A stretch of 64,000 bases of DNA from Rubripirellula sp. (lineage in GTDB: Bacteria > Planctomycetota > Planctomycetia > Pirellulales > Pirellulaceae), in the NCBI GenBank assembly GCA_012270385.1, contig JAAXIK010000289.1:17248-81247 (forward strand), in the 5' to 3' direction. The notes beneath the pieces were generated by a model. The model had not been told where the DNA came from and did not search any database. It was given only the letters and a program-made list of their open reading frames with translations. Position 1 is the stretch's first letter; each line of letters opens with the position of its first letter. Position numbers and translations under genes: made by a program. This document shows, one piece after another, positions 30,492 through 38,791 of this stretch.

Positions 30492-32096
30492 TTAAAAAGA
30501 AATATTTTTCTTCTTCTTTGGGGGTGGAACGTACTCTGGGTCAACATAAGGTTTTTGATCAAATGTTGCTCCATCGCCAATCACGCGTGGATCTCCCGTT
30601 TCACGGAGTTCTTTCATCATACGCTCCAGAAGCTCATCTCTCACCATGGTGTAATCTGGATGTGATGCAACATTCACTATTTGATCCGGATCTTTTTCAA
30701 GGTCATACAACTCATATGCAGGCCGTTTCCCAAAGGCATATTCGTGGTAATCCGAGAAGTGTTCGCGATTTTCCATCAAGAAAACCTTAGTGGGACTGGC
30801 ATCCATATCGGGGTAGGCGAGATAGTGATTTTGCAAGAGATCTTCCGCAGCGGAATCATGCTGAAAAATATCACCCATCGGATTCCGCTCTGGTTTGAAA
30901 TTCCGTATGAACAAAAAATCTTTTGTTCTGATGGCCCTTGAAGGATACGGCGTTCGATCTTGACGGGCTTCACCCACGTGTCGCTCACGACCAATAATGA
31001 CATGGTCTCTCGTGGAATCGACCCATCCATGCTTTGATGAAACCAACAGATCAAGAAAGCTTTTTGCCAACATATTTTTAGGTCGTTCGATACCAGCGGC
31101 CTCAAGGATGGTTGGAGCGATATCCATTAGGCTCACAAAATCATCAATCTTTCTTTTTGCGATAACTCTTTCCGGCCAACTCACCAGTAGTGAGACAGAG
31201 GAACCGAAGTCATGCAGGTTGCATTTACCCCGTGGCATGCCTGGCATACCGTGGTCACCCGAAACGATGATGATCGTATTGTTCAATTTTTCTCGCGTTT
31301 TCAATTCTTGGACGAGTGAATGGATCATCCCATCCCACGCTTGAGCTTCCCCGAGGTAATCCGCCAAATCCTCACGAACATCATGAACATCAGGCAGAAA
31401 AGCAGGAACCTTACCCTTCAGTGAGTCAGGATCTATGCCCCACAATTCTTTACCGGAACCTCGCACCCACTGCCGATGAGAGTGGTGGGGCCCAAACCAA
31501 TAGAAGAAGGGCTGATCGCTGGGCTGCTGGTCGAGAAACTTCTTAAAATTAGATTGAACCAGGGAGTAGATCCTCTGCTTACAAGCCTCTTTATCCTCTG
31601 CAGCGGTCACTGCTTGCGAAAAGTAATGAATCGGGTTTCCGTGTGTCCTATCGACTTTCTTGCCGGCCTTATTCGTTGTCTTACCCCAATGCATTACGTG
31701 ATAACCGTTTTGCACGAGTAACTCGGAGAAGCCCGTGAGGGATCGATAAGGGTCATCAGCTCCGCCAAATTCACGGCATCGCAAAAATGCATTTGTGCCG
31801 CAACGGTAAAATGGCATACCGGTAGAGACTGAAGCCCGACACGGTGTGCAACTTGGGGCACTCACGAATGCATTTTGAAAGACCACACCACTTCTTCCGA
31901 TCTCATCCAGCGTGGGAGTATTGATGACATCGCACATCCCTGGCTGAGACGGGTTCTGATAGATACTTGCGTACCGACCCCAATCATCTGCAAAACAAAA
32001 CAGAATATTTGGGCGTTGGTCTGCATAGGATATCTTGGCTGCGAAGCAAGACATCAAGAAGATCATTTGGCAGACCAAAAGCTTTGAAGCACTCAT
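30492..32096 (-). CDS. Sulfatase (S1, N-sulfoglucosamine sulfohydrolase-like)
   Basis: RPNILFCFADDWG, CTPCR, GDHGMPGMPRGKCNL, GRERH, YPSRAIRT, ELYDL. Confidence 0.93.
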   Translation of the reverse strand: MSASKLLVCQMIFLMSCFAAKISYADQRPNILFCFADDWGRYASIYQNPSQPGMCDVINTPTLDEIGRSGVVFQNAFVSAPSCTPCRASVSTGMPFYRCGTNAFLRCREFGGADDPYRSLTGFSELLVQNGYHVMHWGKTTNKAGKKVDRTHGNPIHYFSQAVTAAEDKEACKQRIYSLVQSNFKKFLDQQPSDQPFFYWFGPHHSHRQWVRGSGKELWGIDPDSLKGKVPAFLPDVHDVREDLADYLGEAQAWDGMIHSLVQELKTREKLNNTIIIVSGDHGMPGMPRGKCNLHDFGSSVSLLVSWPERVIAKRKIDDFVSLMDIAPTILEAAGIERPKNMLAKSFLDLLVSSKHGWVDSTRDHVIIGRERHVGEARQDRTPYPSRAIRTKDFLFIRNFKPERNPMGDIFQHDSAAEDLLQNHYLAYPDMDASPTKVFLMENREHFSDYHEYAFGKRPAYELYDLEKDPDQIVNVASHPDYTMVRDELLERMMKELRETGDPRVIGDGATFDQKPYVDPEYVPPPKKKKNISF

Positions 32097-32429
32097 ATGC
32101 TCTATTTTCCTAAGGAGCTTAAATCTGTGTTTTCGAACTGGAATAAACTCTGATCATTTTTCGCGTATTCATACGATCAAAATGCCGGCGACAGCAAATC
32201 GCCGACGGATATTCTACGCTTGAGTTTGGATGTATGTGAACCGATTCATCTCTCCATGGAATATTCGTGTTAAGAAGATGCTTACGGATTGGTAGAATCC
32301 TCTTACCAAAGGAGGCTCGATAATTCGGTTCTTTCCTGTTGATGAACTAAGATAGTAAGGAAAGGCCAAGCAGTTTTTTGTGAACAATTCTGAAATCCCT
32401 CAACACTCCACACATTTTAAGAAAGCAGC

Positions 32430-34778
32430 ATGATGAATTCCCTTCCACGACGCATCATGTTAAAGATTGGCAGTTTCAGCGCAGCGTGCTTGGGATTATC
32501 TCGACACCTAGGTGGGCAAAATAAGCTGAGAGATCAAACTGGCGCGTTGACCACAACCGGTCATGATGAACCCACGCACATATCATGGGAAAAATGTCAT
32601 GACCGAGTCTGGCTCCACCCACGGATCTGGGCCAACCCAATGGAAGATTGGGCAGTCCGAGGCGGATGGGCCGAATGCCTCACACTGGGAGGTAATCGGA
32701 ATCTTCATCTGATTACCCATCAGTGGGCTCATCTTCAGGGAAATGCAGACATCAGTGTGAAGCTACAAGCGGTGGAAGAACCCGGGGAACGAGCGAGTGC
32801 CGGATTTCGCATCGGTATACAGAGTGAACTCAATGAGTTCCGGAGCAACTGCTTTGCCAATAGCGGTATCAACATCGGTATCGCCGGCAACAGGCTTATT
32901 GTAGGGAGAATCAAGGGAAGCAAACCGGTCAGCTTGCGAGAAGAAATCAAATTGACGTTATCGGCAAAGTGCGACGGGAAACGAGCTGAACTGAGCCTAA
33001 AAGCCACCGCAGCAGATGGTTCACTGATCGATACTGTTAGTCATGTTTTTAACGCGGATGAATTGTTAGGAAATCTGGCACTTGTTAACAATTTTGAAGC
33101 CAAATTGAATAGCAAACAGGGTGGACGATTTCGATTCAACGATTGGTCGATTTCAGGTTCTGTATTTGAACAATCTGATTCCCGAAAATTCGGACCCATT
33201 CTTTGGTCAATGTACAGCTTGAGCGATTCACGCTCCGTTGAAGGGTTCGTTCTGAAAATCTCGGCTCTAACTGGGCCACTAGGTGAAAAAGATAATAAGA
33301 AAATCGAATTACAAACCCAAGTCGATGGTGTATGGAAATCACATGGGGAAACATCACTCGATACCGATGCATGGACAGCAACATTCCGCATCCCGCAGTG
33401 GGATGAAAAGAAAGCCACACCCTATAGACTGATTTATCGCGAACAAAATGTGGAGGGTGAGGAAACGCTGTCATCTTGGGGTGGAATGATCAAAGCGAAC
33501 CCAATCGGGAGACCTTTACGAGTTGGAGCTTTAACATGTCAAAATCACTACGGATTCCCCTACGAACCCGTTGCCGAGAACCTCATCAAGCTGGATCCCG
33601 ATCTCTTATATTTCTCTGGTGATCAATTATATGAAAGTCATGGTGGATACGGAGTCATTCGTGAACCTGCTGACCTGGCGATACTGAATTATCTCAGGAA
33701 GTATTACATGTTTGGTTGGGCCTTCCGTGACGCGATGCGGGATCGACCCACCCTCTGTATCGCTGACGACCATGATGTTTTCCAAGGAAACATCTGGGGC
33801 CAAGGTGGTATTCCGATGGATACAGCTGCTGGAGGAACATCATCTAATGGTGGATACCGACAACCAGCGAGGATGGTCAATGCAGTACATCGAACCAACA
33901 CATCGCATCACCCCGACTGCCATGATGCAAAACCTGCTGAACAGGGAATCAGCGTTTATTTTGGCGAGATGGTCTACGGTAATGTTGGTTTTGCTATCCT
34001 CGGAGACAGACAATTTAAAAGTGGTCCGCAGTTGGTAGATACCGGAAGTGGTCGTGCGGATCACGTGAAGGATGCGGAATTCGACACCACACAACTCGAT
34101 CAGGAAGGACTAGAACTACTGGGTGTTCGACAGGAAGAATTCCTAAAAAAATGGAGTCAGGATTGGCGTGGCCACGACATGAAGATACTACTCAGCCAAA
34201 CCGTCTTTGCCGGAGTTGCAACACACCATGGCAACTACGATGGTTATTTGAAAGCAGATCTTGATTCAGGAGGGTGGCCGCAAAACGCAAGGGATCGCGC
34301 TCTGGAAATCCAGAGTGAATCCCAGGCACTGCATATCAACGGTGACCAGCACCTTACCTCTTTAGCTCAATACGGTGTTCAGAAACAAAGAGACAGCTTG
34401 TGGTCATTTTGCACACCCGCCATTGCGGCGGGCTATCCACGTTGGTGGCGCCCGGATGAAGTGAATATGCCTCATCGCAATCGACCGAAACACGGACTCA
34501 GCAACACAGGGGAATATCTCGATGGTTTTGGCAACAAGATATACATCTATGCCGTAGGCTACCCCACTGTGGCAACACAGAAAAATCGTTACGACAAACC
34601 CCACCAGAAAGGCAGTGTATTTGGATTAGTCACGGTCGACACGGATGCCAAAACCTATTTAATTGATAGTTATCGATTCTTGATTGATGCTACGGATGAG
34701 AATCCTGCTAACCAGTTTCCCGGCTGGCCTGTATTGATCCACCAGGCGGAAAATGCTGGTGACAATCAACTGAGTTAG
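32430..34778 (+). CDS. Alkaline phosphatase D (PhoD)-like metallophosphoesterase with long N-terminal extra domain, Tat-exported
   Basis: Tat-like LPRRIMLK; DLLYFSGDQLYE, DDHDVFQGN, GDRQFKS, DSGGWP, HINGDQH. Confidence 0.85.
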   Translation: MMNSLPRRIMLKIGSFSAACLGLSRHLGGQNKLRDQTGALTTTGHDEPTHISWEKCHDRVWLHPRIWANPMEDWAVRGGWAECLTLGGNRNLHLITHQWAHLQGNADISVKLQAVEEPGERASAGFRIGIQSELNEFRSNCFANSGINIGIAGNRLIVGRIKGSKPVSLREEIKLTLSAKCDGKRAELSLKATAADGSLIDTVSHVFNADELLGNLALVNNFEAKLNSKQGGRFRFNDWSISGSVFEQSDSRKFGPILWSMYSLSDSRSVEGFVLKISALTGPLGEKDNKKIELQTQVDGVWKSHGETSLDTDAWTATFRIPQWDEKKATPYRLIYREQNVEGEETLSSWGGMIKANPIGRPLRVGALTCQNHYGFPYEPVAENLIKLDPDLLYFSGDQLYESHGGYGVIREPADLAILNYLRKYYMFGWAFRDAMRDRPTLCIADDHDVFQGNIWGQGGIPMDTAAGGTSSNGGYRQPARMVNAVHRTNTSHHPDCHDAKPAEQGISVYFGEMVYGNVGFAILGDRQFKSGPQLVDTGSGRADHVKDAEFDTTQLDQEGLELLGVRQEEFLKKWSQDWRGHDMKILLSQTVFAGVATHHGNYDGYLKADLDSGGWPQNARDRALEIQSESQALHINGDQHLTSLAQYGVQKQRDSLWSFCTPAIAAGYPRWWRPDEVNMPHRNRPKHGLSNTGEYLDGFGNKIYIYAVGYPTVATQKNRYDKPHQKGSVFGLVTVDTDAKTYLIDSYRFLIDATDENPANQFPGWPVLIHQAENAGDNQLS

Positions 34779-34804
34779 CTCTGATTTGATCCAGGCGGGT
34801 TCGG

Positions 34805-34828
34805 CTACTGAGTCGATAGATTCAGTAG
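34805..34828. terminator. Hairpin between convergent genes (possible bidirectional terminator)
   Basis: CTACTGAGTC-GATA-GATTCAGTAG, a 10-bp stem with one G.U pair. No clear U-tract. Confidence 0.3.
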
Positions 34829-34854
34829 GTCGGTAGACGCAAAAACAGCAGCAT

Positions 34855-35085
34855 TCAGTCATTCATGGGTACGGCATATAAGAGAATTCGACCACACTTT
34901 GTGCATAACCTCCCGTAGATGTTACCCTCGGCTTCAATGCCGAACATAAATCCTGCTTTTGAATCCTCAGCGGCATACTGTTGATCAACCCGAGAGGTTC
35001 CCTCCGACCAAAATCTTTCTGTAGCGTCGGTGAGCTTAATCCCACGGAGTGTGGTCCCACAATCAGGACATTCAGTGTGTGCCAT
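34855..35085 (-). CDS. Small zinc-ribbon protein (76 aa)
   Basis: ATG 35085 gives MAHTECPDCG...CTKCGRILLYA, with two CxxC knuckles. The longer GTG-start version in the ORF track looks non-coding. Confidence 0.72.
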   Translation of the reverse strand: MAHTECPDCGTTLRGIKLTDATERFWSEGTSRVDQQYAAEDSKAGFMFGIEAEGNIYGRLCTKCGRILLYAVPMND

Positions 35086-35417
35086 GGTTGGATATTCCCT
35101 TGATGGTGTAAATTGGAATCGATTAGATCGCTGTGAGGAGTTGCTCAAGAGTTTCATCATCAACTGATCACGAAAGATCTTTCTACAGCCGTTATAACCT
35201 ACACTCTCTCGATATGAATGCACCAATAAGAAAATGACTCCACCAAAATCGGATTCGCAAAGAACACCCACCGAAGCCGTTCGCTTGCCACCTGTATCGC
35301 CGACCGCACTTGATGGATAATTCTGTACTGAATTTAAAACTTAGCATTCACAAATTAGTATGATCTGCGGGTCGCAGTGCAATCCTCTGTCCGCCAATCA
35401 AATCTGGAAGATTCTTC

Positions 35418-35780
35418 ATGCCACAAGTTATTGACATCAGAGAGAAGCTCAGCACTTTCAATTCACATTGGACGCCAAAAGTGATTGCGGAACTCAACGG
35501 CCAGCACGTCAAAGTCGCCAAACTGCTGGGTTCGTTTGATTGGCATTTTCATGAAGATGAGGATGAACTTTTTTGGGTGATAAGTGGCAAACTCATCATC
35601 CACTTCCGAGATTCTTCAATTGAATTGCACCCTGGACAACTATGCGTCATTCCTAAAGGGATCGAGCATCAGCCAGTAGCTGAGGAAGAATGTGAGATTG
35701 CTCTCTTTGAGCCTGCAAGTACATTGAATACCGGGAACTTAAAGAATGCTCGTACAGTAAGTCATCCCGATCATATTTGA
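35418..35780 (+). CDS. Cupin domain protein
   Basis: WTPKVIAELNG, FDWHFHEDEDELF, IPKGIEHQP cupin motifs. Confidence 0.9.
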   Translation: MPQVIDIREKLSTFNSHWTPKVIAELNGQHVKVAKLLGSFDWHFHEDEDELFWVISGKLIIHFRDSSIELHPGQLCVIPKGIEHQPVAEEECEIALFEPASTLNTGNLKNARTVSHPDHI

Positions 35781-35829
35781 TTTTTCATCTTTAAAATCGA
35801 TAGATCAATTTCAAGAAAGATTTGGTGTT

Positions 35830-37344
35830 TCAATTCGTTCCTATGCAAATCAATTGTTTGATCGTGCGGGCGTAAAGTTTACCCGAGTCAAAACTGATGC
35901 TGGATCGCGTCCAGGTGGATCCAGCGACACCCAAATCATTGATCGAGAGGATTGCAGTTTCGTCAAGCGAACCAACATTCCAATCTATACAATAAACGGT
36001 ACCGGACATGGTTGGTATGTAGAGATGGCTGCCGACCACCGTCATGATTGGCGACGCGTGATGCCCCCAGGTATTGGTGCGTGAACGTCTATCCCCCATG
36101 ACAAGAAAACCGTCATTGTTCTTCATGTCAGCGGGTATGAAGCTCGAATCATTCAATGACCAAACGAGTCGATCCGCTTGATTCTTGTTACGCAAAACCT
36201 GAACGGGCAATTGTAAATATTCAATTTCTCCAGTCTGAATATGGATTCGCCCGAGGTAAGTATCTCCATACGCTCGGAAATAATGATAGTCACCGATCAA
36301 AAGGTTGGACTGCTGAGTGATCGCTCGCCCCTTCGATGGTTTAAAGTTTAGATCTTCAACACTGTCTACGTAAGTTTCCCCGTTCCAGCGGCGAACCGAA
36401 GCTCCTTCACAGAAATTGACTCTTCTATCTACTCTACCCGAGCGATCAACCCAGAGGTGCTCAGGTCCATGAAAAATTAAAGCGTGATCCTCAGCAACCG
36501 GATAGGTTTGGGTGGACATAAAGCGATCTAGAGAAAGCGTCCAGAGAGTCTTTCCCGTTGCAGCCTCGATCATTGAGACTCCGAGAGGTTTTTCGGGCGG
36601 GGAATGCCCACCGCCGCGTCCTAACACAATGACTTCTTTGCCATCAGACAATCGGCTGAGCATAGGAATTGCTCCCATGTTCACACCACACTCCGAAATC
36701 CATGCTGAAGATCCAGTCTTGAGTTCCAATGCCTCTAATTGCGTCCATAAGTCTCGGGGGGCATTCTCATTTTCATGCCCAAACTTACCCTCCTTCGGCA
36801 TAATCATTTGCTTGGTGTAAATCACCATGCCGTCGACCACGAACGGTTGGGATCGGGCCACCGCCATCAAGTTACGGCTCCATTTTTGATTCCCATCTAA
36901 ATCAAAGCAGGTGATGCCACCTGAGGCATTGAAAAAACAGACTCTCTCTCCATCCGTGACCGGAGGAGGTGACGTACTATCCGCGAAACATCCACTTAAT
37001 CGCAACGGATATTCACCTGGTATATTTCTTTCCCAGATCACTTCACCCGTTTCAGCGTCAGCACAATAAGCGACGATCTCCGAAGCCAACTCACTGTCAC
37101 CTTTAAGCTTTTGATAACAGGTGTAGAAGAGTCGGCCTGCACTGCAAACCACTGTACTCTGACCTGTCTCAGGAAGCTTGTGTGCCCAAACAATGTTTTT
37201 TCCGCTTACGACACTCCACTCTCGAGGTGCTTCACCATCGGTCACATAAGAGGCCGACGGCCCCGCGCCTTGAGGCCAGTCTGCTGAACACACAGATAGT
37301 GAGCAACCGAGACAAACTAAGAGACGCACATACGTCTTGATCAC
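35830..37344 (-). CDS. PQQ-binding-like beta-propeller repeat protein (exported), paralog of 15248..16828
   Basis: DWPQGAGP, LPETGQST, DAETGEVIWER, PVTDG, GKLYARTIKQLICIG. Confidence 0.85.
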   Translation of the reverse strand: MIKTYVRLLVCLGCSLSVCSADWPQGAGPSASYVTDGEAPREWSVVSGKNIVWAHKLPETGQSTVVCSAGRLFYTCYQKLKGDSELASEIVAYCADAETGEVIWERNIPGEYPLRLSGCFADSTSPPPVTDGERVCFFNASGGITCFDLDGNQKWSRNLMAVARSQPFVVDGMVIYTKQMIMPKEGKFGHENENAPRDLWTQLEALELKTGSSAWISECGVNMGAIPMLSRLSDGKEVIVLGRGGGHSPPEKPLGVSMIEAATGKTLWTLSLDRFMSTQTYPVAEDHALIFHGPEHLWVDRSGRVDRRVNFCEGASVRRWNGETYVDSVEDLNFKPSKGRAITQQSNLLIGDYHYFRAYGDTYLGRIHIQTGEIEYLQLPVQVLRNKNQADRLVWSLNDSSFIPADMKNNDGFLVMGDRRSRTNTWGHHASPIMTVVGSHLYIPTMSGTVYCIDWNVGSLDETAILSINDLGVAGSTWTRSSISFDSGKLYARTIKQLICIGTN

Positions 37345-37367
37345 GACAAAACTCCGCGCTTTTTCGA

Positions 37368-38708
37368 CTACGAAAGAAGGTCAGAAAACTCCCCGGTACT
37401 ATCGGCGAATCGCTCCGCTGGAATGCCGAGTCGATCTAGGATGGTAACAAAGAGATTCGAGAGTCGCATGTCCTTCTCGCTGTACCTGAGATACTGGCCG
37501 TGCTGGATTCCCAAGGCACTACCACCGGCAAGTAAGAGAGGGTAGTTATGGTTATTATGGGTACGACTGTTACTCGATCCGTAGAGTACGATGGTGCGAT
37601 CCAGGACGGATCCCTGTCCCTCCTGAGCATCCGCTAGGCTTTGTAAAAATCTTGAATGATTTTGCGCGAGGAATTGGTCGAACATTCCAAGCTTCTCAGC
37701 TCCACCTTTTTTTCCTGCTCCATGTGCCAATCCATGCCAGTTACCCGGAAGACCTAAGCACGCCGGAAAAGCATTGGCGATGGTTGTTGCACCTGCCACT
37801 TGCCCCATCATATACGTCGCTACCCGAGTCGAGTCAGTACGAAATGCGAGGGACATCAGATCATACATTGCCCTGATGTATTCTTTTGGACCCTCTTGCG
37901 TTGCTTCAAGATCTAGGATGTCTGCGTTCACCTTTGGCTTCGGTATTTCCAACCAAGACTCTGCACGACCGACACGCTGTTCCACTGCATCAACGGACGC
38001 CAAGTACGCATCCAACTTTTCTTGATCACTCTTCCCAAGCTGTCGGCTCAATGATCGCGAATGCTCTAGCACACGATCCAACATACTCGCAGAATTCTTC
38101 AATCGTCTACGCGCTGTGGTTGCATCACGTTCTGTTTCCTGTCCAAATAAGCGATTATAAATTCTCCTTGGACTTGATAACGCTGGTAATGGCCTACCTT
38201 CTCGAGAGAAGGACAAAGTCATCGATCGAGTCGGCTCTCCAACACCGCCATCACTTGACATAATCAGAGATGCATAGCGAGTGCTGTTACCAAACCGCTC
38301 TGCCACGAGTTGATCCAACGAAATGGTATTCTCGAAAGAGCCATTATCCAGCTTAGCACCGGTTAGAAAAATATCTCCCGTATCGTGCCCACCCATGGAC
38401 CAGCCGTTAGGATGAGAGATGCCGCCGATGACGGTGACCTCCTTTCGCAGTGGTTCCATCGATTCCAAAACATTTGTGAATCGATATTCCTTTTTCGAAC
38501 CCTCCGGAAACCATCCCCACTTCTTATCTGCGTCAGAGGGTGTCGCTACCACTCCAAAAGGCCAATAGACAGCGCAAAATCGATTCGGTAAATCAGCATC
38601 TCCCGAAGCTGCGCCTGCCATCCCTTCCATCCATGGCAGAGCCATGGACACACCAGAGCCTCGCAAAAATGTTCGTCGGCTAAGATGCCACGATTTTTTT
38701 GTCATCAT
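37368..38708 (-). CDS. DUF1552 family protein (Tat-exported)
   Basis: LSRRTFLRG..LPWMEGM, GGHDTGDIFLTG, ISLDQ, DSTRVAT, WHGLAH, THNNHNYP, FADSTG. Confidence 0.92.
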   Translation of the reverse strand: MMTKKSWHLSRRTFLRGSGVSMALPWMEGMAGAASGDADLPNRFCAVYWPFGVVATPSDADKKWGWFPEGSKKEYRFTNVLESMEPLRKEVTVIGGISHPNGWSMGGHDTGDIFLTGAKLDNGSFENTISLDQLVAERFGNSTRYASLIMSSDGGVGEPTRSMTLSFSREGRPLPALSSPRRIYNRLFGQETERDATTARRRLKNSASMLDRVLEHSRSLSRQLGKSDQEKLDAYLASVDAVEQRVGRAESWLEIPKPKVNADILDLEATQEGPKEYIRAMYDLMSLAFRTDSTRVATYMMGQVAGATTIANAFPACLGLPGNWHGLAHGAGKKGGAEKLGMFDQFLAQNHSRFLQSLADAQEGQGSVLDRTIVLYGSSNSRTHNNHNYPLLLAGGSALGIQHGQYLRYSEKDMRLSNLFVTILDRLGIPAERFADSTGEFSDLLS

Positions 38709-38791
38709 ACAACTTTTTTCTAGCGTGCTAATTGATTCTCACTCAGTGACCTGCGGAACCATTAGATGGGAAAAAAACCATTCCCTATATC

